A stretch of 64,000 nucleotides of DNA from the NCBI GenBank assembly GCA_051362555.1, contig CM120647.1:19444651-19508650 (forward strand). Reading direction: 5' to 3'. Shown here in pieces: positions 1 through 13,834 of the stretch. Position 1 is the first letter of the stretch. Each line of letters begins with the position of its first letter. The DNA comes from Lingula anatina. Lineage: Eukaryota; Animalia; Brachiopoda. The notes under the pieces were generated by a model. It was not told the origin of the DNA. It did not search any database and worked only from the letters and a program-made list of their open reading frames with translations. The position numbers and the translations under genes are program-made.

Positions 1-181
1 AGAAACCAAAACCTGATACACAGCATAAGATTATTTTTTTTATAAAATACTTTCCTCTACATTGTTCACGATGTCATCAGATCACCTCGAGCTCGAATAT
101 GGCAAAAGTTTGACTTGATCAATAACATGCCGTCGAGCTCAAAACGAAAGACATTAACTAATGTTTTATAAAAAAAAAAAA

Positions 182-210
182 ATATATATATATATATATA
201 TTTTTTATTT

Positions 211-272
<62 letters not shown>
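182..272. repeat. (TA)n microsatellites
   Basis: Seen directly. Confidence 0.95.
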
Positions 273-276
<4 letters not shown>

Positions 277-309
277 AAATAATGCGCTTCGAAGACTAAT
301 ATGCTTTCT

Positions 310-417
310 CCCAGCAAAAACGCCACGTTCGGATCACGTGGTTAGCACGTTGCTATCACATTATAACCTCAAAGCAACGTGCTAGCCACGTGATCCAAAC
401 GTGACGTGTCTGCTGGG
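310..417. mobile_element. Short palindromic MITE-like element
   Basis: CCCAGCA...GCACGTTGCT / AGCAACGTGC...TGCTGGG: imperfect arms of about 45 bp around an 18-bp loop. Confidence 0.65.
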
Positions 418-640
418 TTTCCTGCTTTATGTAGGCGAGTTTCTGAGGTCCTTTGAAAGTCGCCCTCTTACAGTGAGTGTGAGTGCACGATCATGACAGC
501 TGCATGCTGACTGCAGAAATGTAGCTTTTCAGTTGCCAAAGAATTCAGGGTGAATCTTAGCAAATTTTATAGAATAGCATGCATACCGTTATTATGGTAT
601 AAGGATAAACAGTGTAAAGGGAGCTCGCCATAATCCTTAC

Positions 641-3600
641 CACGTGTACACTGCAAGCAGTAAGGCAGGTGCAGTTATCGCTGCCTGGAGATAGCGCCAG
701 TGTCGGAGGGCGTAGGCAATACCAGAAGCCCCGCAGCTTCCAGCGGCATAGAAAAAATGCATGATGATCCCAGCGAACATTCTCTTTTTGGGCCCTACGA
801 CTTCCATTCCTGGAACAAAAGATGGGAATGTAAATACTCACCATTAAGATATTTTGCATGATAAGTGAGAAGAACAGACCATTCCCAAAAACAAAACACG
901 TGGGTTACTTAATTTTTCATTTTTTTCATTTTTCAAAATTTGCATCAAAAGAACACCACGATTATCAAATTATCAAGAGTGAGCAGATTTGAGCACTGTC
1001 TGTGGGGAAACGAAGAAACAAAAAAGAAAGTAAAGGCATGTTAAAGATACCATCTATAAAACCTCAGGCATTTTGCTTCGAAATATGACAGTCCGTTAGT
1101 GCAAACCACATGACGTCACTTGCAAACTATATGACGTCACTTACAATCCATATGACGTCACTAGTAAGCCACATCTATGCGTTTTGTCTCCCTAGCTATC
1201 AGCTAGAACTTACCAAATAAGAACGACGTTATGTATGCCCCGCTGGAGGATGCTCCGATAAGAAATCTAAACAGGATCGCTGTAACTGCATTTGGCGAAA
1301 ATGTTGAAGCGAGCCCAGAAGCGCTGAGAAACAGTAAGGCACAGCCCAAAGCGGTGCGACGTCCTAGCCTACAATAAATCCAACGCTTGCAAAATGTAGT
1401 TAGGTGTTTGTTGCATTGAAAGCAATGCTTAGAATGGGTGGAATTCTCTAGGTGTCGTATATGAGCCAGATACCTCCAATGGTTTTATTGAAGCCATCCA
1501 TTTGATGTGATGTAAGCCATTTAATGACCAGATATACCTCATATGTTATCATATCTTATTCATCGTCTTCATATCTTATTTCAATCTGTTGTCTTTTTCA
1601 TTTCAGTCTTTAAAACGTTAAAAGAACTATGAAATCAGTGTTAATCCACTCCTAAGGGAGCATTCAGATTCTGACATCGTACCAGCTGATTCGATACAAC
1701 TTAACCAAGCGCACACGTAAATGTATTACCCCCTAGCTGCTGAAGGGGTCGTGACAGAAAATAAAGGCGATTATATTGACTGCACTTTAGCACGGCTTCC
1801 TGCAGAGATGGATCGACCAAGCTGGTACGATATCTGAATCTGCTCCCCTTGTTCTAACAATCCAGAAAAAACAAAATGAGTATAATAGCAATGTCCCAAA
1901 TATTTATAGCAAGGTTGGGATCGACCTTTGCTGAATTTGTTTAAAAATCGCAAATCGCTTCTCAATAGACTAGATTTTCCCCATGTCCCACACATAAAGG
2001 TAATAACAAGGTTAATAACTTCACTAATTTACGCAGGAGAAAACGAAAAACCCATTCTTTAAAGTGTCTGTTTTTTAACGCTGTACCTACCTATCTGATA
2101 AAAGACCTATCCCAACATTGCCGACCGCCATGCCGACCAGAAATATTACTGCCATTAGAGTCACCAGGCTAGCTTCGTCGCAGACAAGATTGAACTGAAA
2201 TAAACAGCCGTATTTTAAAAAGGAAAATGCGTATGGAAGTATGAAAAGATTGCTGGGAATTGAATCTGAGAGTGCAGTATTCTAGTCACGAGAAAACGTA
2301 AGTGTACATGCATGCGCCAGTGCGCGCAACAGAGAGAGAGAGAGAGAGAGAGAGAACAAAACGAAAAAAAAAAAACAGATGATAGAAATTAACAGCTGAA
2401 ACTGATTAGTTGAACTTAACCGAAAATATGTTCAATATTAAACGATTCACCCAGTCAATATACATCAGACTAAATTTTCAGTTGACCTAACTGCATCGAA
2501 ATCAGTTGGCCTTTTAACCAATCCAAACGGTTAACATTTCGGACACACTGCATAATAGTTAAATACCCGAGTGACGAGGTCATTCCCCGCTAGGCATGCT
2601 TGTAATTATAAATAAACACTATTCAACAAGTTTGTACATGTAGAATTTAATTACAGATTTTCGTTATTCCAGTCAAATGACCTCAGAACAGTTATTCAAC
2701 AACCGATCCACACGGTTACCATGTTGACCAATCGACTGGTTGATCAAAAAAAAAAACGAACCGTCGTTTGTTACTGATTTCAAGTCAACCGATTGTATCG
2801 GTAGGGTCAATGACCGATTTGTTTAATAGAGTGTAGGTACACACCTCGCTGGCATAAGTTTCCTCCATAACGCTGCGATCAAATTCCCACTCATGACACT
2901 TCCCTCTGCTCCCATTAACAACGCTTTCACAAGCAGAAGGCTGTTTGCGGTGCTCGTCACTGAAGAAGTGCTGAATCTGGCTCGTCTGATTACCGCCCGT
3001 GTCATTTTGGGGGGAAAAACACCTGCAAGTTATGTACGCCATGGGTTAGAAACATCCATTAAATTGCTACATGATATCTTGTTGGTCAGAATAATTGAAA
3101 TAGCTTATATCATAGCATTACATATATAATTTGTATATATGCATAACTGGAATCAGCCGTTAACAGCTGCAGTAACTATGGGAGTGAATGTTTTCTTTTT
3201 TGGGGAGAGGGGGGAGGCAGGCGTGGTAAGAAATAAAAATTCTGATTCCATGCTCGATTTGTATGCTTGTGAATATACAACACTGGTCAAAAAAGTTGTC
3301 CCATTCCCAATGCCATGTGGTTTTGTTACAACAAATGATCACTCCAAAGGTGTCATAAGTGCTGTTTTATCCCAGACACCATATCTAACATGATTTATGG
3401 TGCAGTAAATACAAAATAGTGGTGACGATATCCGTATGTTATTTGTTCAAATCCTCAAATCCCTCAAATCCAACGTTTCACTGTGATTTCCAAATATGTG
3501 AAGAAATTAAAAAAAACGCCGGCGAATGGCACCAATTTACACACAATTATCATTAGAGTGTTCTAGTTCAAGGTCACGCGTCTAATCGCGAGTGTGCCTA

Positions 3601-5620
3601 CCGCGAACAGCAATTTACTCCTGTAGGCGGCGCGCCAAGCCCTCAACAAGGGTAGCAATTCTGTTTTGTGGGATATTGTCCCAGTCTTCCTAAAGAGCTT
3701 GCAGGAGTTGGGCCAGATTTTAGGGGGTTGGTTCTCCTCTGCATTGCAGACTCCAATTCATGCCACAGGTACTCAGTAGGGTTAATATCGGGGCTAAAAT
3801 GTAGTGGTTCTTTCCTCGGAACATTATGTTTCTACAACAAATCACAAGCCAAACGAGAACTGTGAGTAAATGTGTTGTCATGATAAAGCCTGCAGTTAAC
3901 CCTGAAGTCAGCTCCTAATGTTAATTGTGTGTAAATTTGGTGACATTTGGTAGTATCTTTTCATTTTAATGGACATTATTTTATCTTTTTGGAAATCACA
4001 GGGAAATATCGGATTTGAGGGGCTACATGTTATAAATTTGAATAAACGGTATATATCGGGATATTTTCACCGTTATTTTGTATTTTCTGAACCATTAATT
4101 ATGTTAGATATGATGTCTGAAATATAAACGAGGCTAGTTGGCCCCAGGGTCGTGGCAAGTTGACACCCTATACAAAAAGTAAGTAAGTATCCCATGTAAA
4201 TGCATTGAAATACATATTTATGTATTTTTTAATTTATAAAATTGATTTTTGAGAGTCTTTGATGAATAAATAGTTCAAATGAGGCAGATTTATTGAGGTT
4301 GTCGTGTACGTCACGTTGTATGTGTTGCAAGATCCAAAATATTTATCCAAAATAATAAAATTTGTTTTTATTACGAATAAATTAATAATGGTATAAAACA
4401 GGTTTTTAATGAATGAAAACGAATAATACATTTTCATTTTAAAAGAAACTAACAAAGTCAGTGTAAAACTGGTAATTATTAAATAAAATCATTGAGTTTG
4501 TTTTGACAGTGGTCTGTAGCTCTGTTACAAGGATTGTTGGCAATATGTTGGTCCATCTTGCCCCGAGTCAAGGGTGCCAACTTGCCCCGGGTGCACATTT
4601 TTAATTTTAAAGGATTGTAGCCATTTATGGTGCTAGACTGAACAACGATGATACATTTCTGTGAAATTTGAAACAATGAGCTTCAGTTTGATGTCCTATG
4701 CATATACTTTATTCGATAAAAAGCTTATGAAAATAGATTTTTTAAAAAAGTCTCTTTTATAAAGTTACTTTAAGATGCTAAATTATTTCATTTGGACTCA
4801 CTTCCTAAATAAAACTTGCTTTCTTAGCACTATTGGATACGGTCACTTTACAAAAAGATGTGATCAATTATTTTACCCCATACTTACTTTTTTCATTAAT
4901 TGATGGGGGGGGGGGGGGGGGGGGCAACTTACCCCGGGGTCCAACTAGCCTCGGTATCCCCTAATTATTGTCATGTTAATGTGTCTAAAACATAATGTTA
5001 AAGCTTTGAAGAACACGTTTTGTTTTCTCATCCTCAGACTGCAGGCCTTATAAACGGATTGGGGGTTTACTATCACTACCCGCAGATCTTTTAGCACTAA
5101 CGCCCATATTAGCCATTAAACCCACGGATTAACCAATACACCGTGCAATTATTTAACACCAACAAAGTAATACCTAGCACTAACATGCATTCGCTCTGGT
5201 AGTGCTGATTAATTTGTGAGTTATGTGGTTAATATGGGTGTTAGTGCTACAAGATCTGCGGATAATATTAGTAAACGCCTAATCCGTTTATAAGGCTTGG
5301 GACTGGCCAAACAAGAACTTTTTCGTTCCTCTCACAATAAAGCCCCTCACCCCCACCTACCCCCCCCCCCCCCACCCCCCACCCCGTCCAAACCCACCCC
5401 GGTCGTCAACTCACCTGTGTTCCGGCGTGTACCCCACGAATGGCACAGATGCATACTGCAAGGAAGCAAGGGTACTACACAGACAAAATAGGGGGAACAC
5501 ACGGAGCTGGAACCTTCCAAAATCACCCATCTGTTCAAATATGTCGTCCAGTTGAGTTTGCTTTTCCGCCGTGGCATCACTTCTTGCAGTGGAAGGTTTT
5601 TGCTTTTCCAATTTCTCCAT
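641..5620 (-). CDS. SLC22-family (MFS) organic cation transporter-like protein, first 5 coding exons; 3' part lies outside the window
   Basis: Exons 5620-5415 (MEKLEK...LDDIFEQMGDFGRFQ...FVGYTPEHR), 3022-2845 (CFSPQN...KCHEWEFDRSVMEETYASE), 2194-2091 (FNLVCDEA...GLLSDR), 1368-1214 (LGRRTALG...FRFLIGA...), 809-641 (GMEVVGPKKRMFAG...AYALRHWRYLQ...). All GT-AG and phase-consistent. The G-x-FG-x-FQ, NLVC, SDRxGRR and E-x-VGP motifs are SLC22 hallmarks. Confidence 0.93.
4129..4962. mobile_element. Non-autonomous DNA transposon with terminal inverted repeats
   Basis: CGAGGCTAGTTGGCCCC...GGCAAGTTG at the left matches CAACTTACCCCGGGGTCCAACTAGCCTCG at the right in inverted orientation; the motif recurs internally at 4555-4590. 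Confidence 0.6.
5035..5305. mobile_element. Palindromic MITE
   Basis: GCCTTATAAACGGATT...CCGCAGATCTTTTAGCACTAAC..CCCATATTA versus TAATATGGGTGTTAGTGCTACAAGATCTGCGG...AATCCGTTTATAAGGC; arms about 100 bp. Confidence 0.75.
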
Positions 5621-5820
5621 GGTCTTTCAAGATATGTCGGACTATACTTTTATCGATCGCAATTCAAAATGGACGAACGAATAATTTGCGCTGCCGCAAG
5701 CGATGTGAGACAATTCGGACAGCTTCCAGACAACAAGGCAGTCAGCAAATGCCACTTGTACCGCAGATCTTTGGGATTTCATCCAATCCTACCCTTGGTG
5801 TTTTTTCCTATCTCACAAAA

Positions 5821-5870
5821 TTGACCAATTGGCCAATCACTCTTCGGTAGGCCAAACTTTAAACCAATCA
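5821..5870. promoter_or_regulatory. CCAAT-box cluster upstream of the SLC22-like gene
   Basis: GACCAATTGGCCAATCA and AACCAATCA lie about 200-250 bp upstream of the ATG at 5620. Confidence 0.4.
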
Positions 5871-7713
5871 ACGCGCAGTATTTTTCTCACGCCTTGGGCT
5901 TGCTTCACGAAAATCTTAAGACTGCTGAGTGTTAATTTTACTACGATGGCAGGTTGAATTACTATAGTGAGCAAAAATCGGCGATCCATGTAGGCCACTC
6001 CTGCACCCGTCTGAATCATTATGTAGGAGTCCATGTACCTCCCTACCCAGGTTCTTCTAATATTTTACAGTTCCAACTCTTAAGTCCTCTTTATTAGGTC
6101 CAAACATTCAGCATTTATGCACATTATCTACAGGGAATCTACCTGCATGCCACAGTGGCAGCAACTCATTTAAATACTTATTGCAATGCAAAAGATAACA
6201 AGTGAGAGTTTCTACTTATCAGGTATACCTATACAGAGGATGATAAACATTCATTCAAGACTGAAGCAAGGTGAATGATAATATGCTGACTGAATATATA
6301 AGCATAATATGCAAATGAGTGAGTTCACCACATGCATTTAGTATGAATATTTATCATCCTCTGTCTTTCACCATTACTTTGTACAGGTGACATTCGTCCC
6401 CAGTACTCCGACTAACCTTAACCTGTACTAAATAGGACCCCGGACTACCATTTCTAGGAGCACCATTTCTGTCACACCGGCTCGTTAGATATTCTTGTGA
6501 AACGCACTTTAGTCAGGATGGTAGTCCCAGAACTGACTTAAGACTTTCTCTGTAACAGGACTCAGGCCTTACCACCATGATGTTCGGTATGGCAAACAAT
6601 AGCACTGTCCGCCGCGTGGGCGTTTATTAGCGGTTGTGAACGAACTAAAAAAAGAACGTTTGACGAAAAAATGATAAATGGTGGCAGTGGGTACCCTTTA
6701 CGCTTCCTTAATTTTTTTCGGCATGGATGTCGTGATCTATTTATTTATTTATTTATTTTTTATTTATTTGTTGTTGGGGAGCTACAAGGTGTGACAGTGC
6801 AAAGGCCTACTACACAAAACAGTCTTGCCACGCTGAGCTGTTTGTATTTGGGTACATCGTCTTCCGCTGGCTTATTTTTCGGTTGTTTGTATCAGTTAGA
6901 TAACTGACGGGCTTCCAACTCAGCTGCATTCTTTGTCTTCGAAGCATGACTTCATCAGTTTCCAAAGTGTTTTTGATAAGATCAATTTTACTACCAGTTC
7001 AAACTGGTCCGGAGGAGTTTCGTCTAGCCTGAACCGTATTGGTAACAATATCGTAAGTAAATGCACCTGGATATTTTGTGAGTGTTCTGCAAGATCTTAT
7101 ATTGCTGAGGCAGCTAGCTACAGTATATCAACAGAACTCATTTTGAACGCTAATTAAAAAAAAAAAAATCATATGATAGGCCTACCCTTTGGAAATATTA
7201 TAAGGGCAACTTCATTGTCTTTTCAAATAAATTCAACTACTGATATTGATCATTTTTCAATTGTATAATAAGAATAATACTAATAATAATGATGATGATC
7301 ATTATAATCATGATGTTGATGGGGATGTAGACAAATGCATGTAGGCATATATAACGGGAATCTTCATACTGTTCCAAAAAGGCACGCATCAGAAATATAA
7401 GAAAACATTTGTTTCGCCAATCGTCGACTAGAGCTTATTTTTGTCTTATAAGAAAAACCACGGCCCAAGCAGTCGAAATGCACGGAATGACACCGATACA
7501 CTCGTCCCATTTGGGATCATTTGGGTGCGACGGAGAAATCGCTTTATTCAGTTCGACTATGTTGCAACAACGACTCAGATCAGTTCCGGGTTGCCTAACA
7601 TCTGGAAAACAGCAGCAACAACACCAACAGCAAACAAACAAAATAAACGGGACAAGGTGCTTCATGAAAATATTATAACCTGCTTCAAAAAAAAAAAAAA
7701 TAAAAAAAAAAAA

Positions 7714-7753
<40 letters not shown>

Positions 7754-7899
7754 TAAATAAATAAATAAATGAATAAATAAATAAAAAAATAAATAAAAAT
7801 AAAAATAAAAACCCCGAGTAGGACGTATGGATTGGTTAGTGACATTAACGTTTGTTGCCAACCGGTCAAGATATACATTTCTACATCGTTCAAGTACCT

Positions 7900-8092
7900 C
7901 TTGAAGCGCATTCAGAACAGTGGACTAACACATCCGCGGATGAAATATGGCGACCCACTGAAAAGCTTGCCGCTTAATTCCCAATTAGACACTGACTAGA
8001 TTCCCATCGGGGATTAGGCAACAAGCGTTCAAGTGGGTCGGCCATATTTGACCCGTGGATTTGTTAGTTTACTGTTCTGAATGCGCTCTTGG
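7900..8092. mobile_element. Palindromic MITE; a degenerate relative lies at about 13075-13215
   Basis: AGCGCATTCAGAACAGT...AAATATGGCGACCCACT versus AGTGGGTCGGCCATATTT...ACTGTTCTGAATGCGCT. The AAATATGGCGACCCACT...TAGACACTGA...GGGGATTA core recurs in the TRMT11 intron. Confidence 0.7.
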
Positions 8093-9668
8093 AAGATCCG
8101 CACCAATGACTGCCCAGAATGGTCTGCAGGCCAGTTCTCCAGTGACCCCCACCAACGACTCACCCACAGCACGGCTCTCTCAACACCTTGTGATTGCTGA
8201 AGTTGCGACAATTTCAAATCTCCAACTATAAAAGTTCACAATGCAATAGGTTTTAATTCATGTCGGGTAGAAGTTGGGAAACATTAGCGTTGTAGCTTTT
8301 CACCGACAGGGAATCACCAAATAATACTTATATATGAACTCTAAACAGTAACAGTAAAGAAAACAGTAAATGAAGACAGACATTTACTATGAAAAATATC
8401 TAAATATTAGTCATAATTTAATCTGATATTTTTCATTTTCGTTTAAAGTTTTCAATCTCTTGGAAAAAACAGTCTCGCCATCTTCAATTGATTTTCTGCG
8501 TGACTGGGCTAAATCAATTTGTAGTAGGTTAAAATAAAGAGCTTTTTCGCGTCGTTCGTTACACTCGTCCGTAACGAAACTCTGTCAGAGAACCAGAATG
8601 ACAACTTTCAAATTTTAGTCAGAAATTTAGCCTGGCTATTACGTAAGATCTAAACGCTCGACACCGACAGTTGTCCGAAACATGATTGGTTCACTGAACT
8701 AAAACCGAACTTTGGAAGCCCCCCCCCCCCCCCCACACACACACACACACACCGCAGCGAGGCGTATCTACACAAATAAGCGTAGTTCACGATGTAAAAA
8801 AAAAGGCCAGCGCAACTTAAAATTCTTCATACGCATCGTTTCACATCCTTTCAAGCTGAAATGAATTTTAACATAGGTTCCTTAATTTATCCAAACAATA
8901 GCAAGATGTCTATGTCGCAACACCTCTTTATTTGAGACTAAAAAGTGCTCATACACGCGATTCTATCATTAGACCAAACAAATCTGATATATTGTTAATC
9001 GTTTTATTTTCATATCCAGAACTTGACGTATTTTTGTTTAAATTTTGCTAGTACTATTATTATTTTACTTTATATCACTTTTAAAATTTTGGACATAACC
9101 CAATTTCTGATGTATATTTCCAAATATATTAGTTTAAAAAATCATTCTTTTTATATGTGATTTTATCCAGTTGATCTCTGATTAACTGTTCTTGGTCCAT
9201 TCGTGTAGGTAGGTTGTCCCCCCCACACACTTTTACATCAAAGAATGTAATATGCACAAGAACGAGGGGTGGAGGAGGGAGACTGAAGTGTTCTGGTACT
9301 TTTGGAAGTCAAATGTGCCCTTAAAATCATTTTAAACATATCTTAAAAGATATCACATCATATTCAAAAATTAATTGAATGTTTTTTCTGAATAGTAACA
9401 CCTCTTCAACATGAAATTTGCTTCCCACAACATCTTTTAAGACGCTCCTAAAGTGGCCATCCTTGTTTGTCTATTTCAACAGGTACAACTGCTAACGTGT
9501 ATCTGTGTCCTTGTGTGGATTACATCACTGCCATCACCCTGAAACCTTGACCTCTGTCAGTTGTCACCAGATGCCCATATTTTGGTGTCACGCTCCATTG
9601 TAACGCTCTATTGTGATGCTCCATCGTGACTCTATTGTGACGCTCCTTTGTTACTTATTGATCCAATG

Positions 9669-12600
9669 TCACGTAGGCTGATTTACTGATTCTGTATCAC
9701 ACTCACCTAATGGAAAAAATATAAGAAGAAAAACTTATTAAAATTGTTCTTTAACTATTATCTTATCTAATACATTACAAATAAATGAAATATTGTGGAA
9801 GACAGAGATATTACACAAAATGGGTGTATGCATCTTTGCTGTGACTCAAGAGTCACTTTTTTGTGGAATGAATGAAACAGAATGAAAGTACAAATCATAT
9901 TTGACAATTTCTATTATTTATTATTCATTTCTTTATCTATCTTTCTATTTTATCACCTGCTCCTCTATGTTTTTTCTTCTTCTTTTTCTTTTTGTCATTC
10001 TCGGGATTAGCTTCAAAATATTTGTCTCGGAGTCTCTCCTTGTAAAGCATTTCTGGGATGTGAGCTGCATCAAGAAGCTCTGTGTCCTGAACATAAAATG
10101 TACACAATAGACAGAAAGTGTCCAACACAAAGTTTTCTCTTCAATTTTATGAATTTTATCCCGTGTCACTTCCATAAAATGATACCTTTTTTTTTTCCTT
10201 CCCTTTCTTTTTAATAATATTTAAGGATCACAGTACAAAATTTCTGACCCAGTGACGCATTGAGTCACTGTTACACTGACCCAGTATATGTGAAATTTCA
10301 AAAATGGATTATTACATTATGATACTAGGGGGGCAAAATTGGATATTGCTTGGAACTGTTTAATTTCGCAGGTAATACCATGCCTGTTTTTTTAGACCTC
10401 GGAGTTATACCTCTCCCATATACCTCTCCCTTACTTCCCTACATTTCTGCATAGTTATAAGTCGTCTGGACATTTTCAAGGTAATAGTCTGTTCACAATT
10501 AGAGATCAGTTTTAGACAAGGGTGGGAGGGGACCATCTCTTCTGTGTAACTGAAAAAAAAATTAATTAAAGTATTGATAGCGTCTCAAACTTAAACATAT
10601 GATCAAAAAGCTTAGAAAAAAAAAAAAAATTGGCAGAAGCCCACAAGAATACAAGACAATATGATTCTTTAAAAGCAAATTTGATCAAATATTAAAAAAA
10701 AAAAAATATGTGTAATACTCACTCAGGTCTGTAAACAGGAAGCCAGTAGACAAGATGGCCGCCAAGTTTGAGGAACTTGGCCGCGAAGTTGAGGAGGTCT
10801 TTCACTATGTCCTGCAGCTGGTAGTCTGACTTCTGGCTCCCAGCATATGATGTCTGTCTACAGAATAATAACAGAAAATCTGATTTTGTGCTTGGGATTA
10901 GGTGTGACTAGAAATTGCTAGGTGTGACTTGATATTGTGTTAGATGTGAATTTCTAAAGTAAACCATTCCATTGAGTCTTTTCTATACTTTTTTTTTATA
11001 GCCATGAGTATCAATTTTCAAACTCTGAAATGTAAGTGATGCCCTTCAAGTTGGAAAATGAAGGCTTTCCCTGCTTGAAAGACATCATTTTTTTTTCATC
11101 AAGACTTACTTTTCACAAACATCATGCCCCTTCTCTACCATATCTATATCTTCATCCTCCTGTGCTTGAATTTTATTTTCTGGGTTTCTCTTCTTGCTGT
11201 CTATTTTTACGGTGTATTCACGAATACCATATGGAGCTGGAAAATGGGGGTTAAATATGCTTATATTCCAAATGTTCCCTTTAAACATCAGATATTTACA
11301 TTGTCACTTGTGATTTAAAATAAAAGAGTAAAAAGAAAGCATGACAAAATTAGGAAATTTCACTTAAAATTATACTAAACCACACTGTGTAAATAATACT
11401 TAAATCAGTTTAGAGAGAGAGAGAGAGAGAGAAGGAGAGGGCATTATGATGGCAATCTAACATCATGTACATTACACAAATAACAAATCTTCAAAATTTT
11501 AAAACTGAAATGTCTTCACCCCTGATTATACTCACGATCAGTGACAATGGCATCAAATAAGGAGCTCCGTCGCCACATAGCATGTTTTGAAGCATCACCC
11601 ACTAGGACGTCCAGGTAGAGGTCCTCCAAACCGTACTGTCTCAGATTGGCCAGAAAATTCTCATCAGGACCTCGAAACTTCTTCTTGTGACTGCTTGATT
11701 TCCCTGTAACAGATGACTCTTCATAACAAACATTGCTAAAACCTTTAACATGGTTATCAGTATGCCTCCAATAAATACTATTTTTATTACTTTTTTTTCT
11801 AAACCAATGGTATGAAAAATTACTGTATTTCATTTTTTTATAACTATTTTTGAGCTCCTTTTAACTAGAGCCAAATGCATGTACCCGTCAGGCTATCGCA
11901 GTGCTAATATCTCAAAAGGGTACTATAAAGGAGAGACACCCCTGCACTTAGTACAACCCACACACCCCACAGTCAATAATTATAGGCAGTGCCACTTAAA
12001 GTGAGTAGTTTATTTCATACAGCAGACCTCACAGAAGCAAGAAGTAAGAATTTAGGAAGATCTACTGGTACAAAAGAGGACATAAAATTATTTGAACCTT
12101 ACGTACAGTTACACTTGTGTAAACAAGCAAGTCAAATAAAGCATATGAGTACAGATATCCTCCTTTGTAGTACTCAAATCGTCTCCCGTCACAGGCACAA
12201 TACAGAAAACTAATGCACTTTATGTAAAGAAAGAGCACATGATTGTTCTTACCAAATCCATGGATAATCTTGTAGTCTATGTCTGTGCCAGTGACGTAAG
12301 CCCCGTAGTGTGCACAGGCCACCAGTAGACTACCTGGGAAGGAGAAACTAATGAGTTATGTGTATGTTTTAACACATGAATTTTTTTTCTTCTCAGTTCA
12401 TTTGGCTGTAGCTGGACAGAGGTACCTTTTACTATATATGAAAGTGTATTAAAAAAAAGGCATATAGCTTTTTATTTGGGGGGGGGGGGGGGCAAGGAGT
12501 ACAAAATTAATTATACAATGTCTAAAATACTGAAGATTTTCAACTGAAATTTACAAAGGTTTACCAAAATATGGGCAAAATGTGTATTAAAAATACAACA

Positions 12601-12998
12601 GCAGATTGCTTGGAGTACAGGCTATTGAATAATGGTTGATAACATTTGAAATAATAATAAAAAAAAAAATGTCAGAGAAGCAGCTCCCTAAAAGTTCACA
12701 AAATATTTTATCTTACAAACATGACAAATATCAAGAGGGGAGATAATCAAGCTGAACTGGCTATAAACAGTACATCAGACTTAACCCCAGATGGTCGGAG
12801 AATAAGGGAAGATTACACATTAAATAGTGTACAACATGGGTCAGAAAATAGATGAATGGGGCATTTAAGATTAGATGTCTCACCTGTTCCCACAAAGGGG
12901 TCCAGCACCCAGCTGCCGGGTCCAGCCAGGGCCAGGTTGGACACCAGGAGGGACAGTCTGGCATCCATGCTGGTATTGCCTGATTGGTGACAAAAACA

Positions 12999-13039
<41 letters not shown>

Positions 13040-13783
13040 AGAAACATTAATAAAAATAATTATTGAAATAATTAAGGCCGCATGGATCAAATATGGCGAC
13101 CCACTTAAGAGTTTGTTGTCTAAACCCTCAATAGACACTGAACAGATGCCGAGCGGGGATTACACATCAAGCATCTAAGACTTGTTAGTCAGCTGTTGTA
13201 AATTTGGCCTTACTGCAGCTAAATGGAGTTCCATTGTGTAAAAAATATTATATTGAATCTCATAGATATACTGGGAACAATCCTCTACAACTGGCATAAT
13301 ACTGGATAAGTCACATATATGCCGATAATAGCAAAAAGTTTAAGAATAATCTATTTATTATTTAGGACAGACTCCAATTGTTGAACTGGTGTTATTCTAT
13401 GGTTCAGAAGATGTAAGACAAGAGATTACACATTTTTAGCACTGTCTTGATGACAACCCTGTACCAACATGAACAACTGTTACAGTGCTTTTTATTTTTA
13501 ACGTTAGTTTTCACACCTTGGACTGTTGCTGTCTCACCTATGTAATGTCTTTTTTTGAGATCATATCTTTGTACTAAATGTTTCTGTCCATCAGCTACCT
13601 GAAATGTCACCAAGAATCATATTTAAATATCATATCATATCAAACATAATTCAGCATAATTTATGCAACATAAACCAGCATAATTATTTATTTCTAACAA
13701 TATATTCGAGCATTTTCCTCTTTAACCATTTTCATGAAATAATAAATAAATTAATGAATTTAATTAATGAAAAAATGAAAGCA

Positions 13784-13834
<51 letters not shown>

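Noticed and set aside
7435-7911. 158-aa hydrophobic ORF
   Set aside because: It is dominated by A-run, (AAT)n and (AAAT)n microsatellites.
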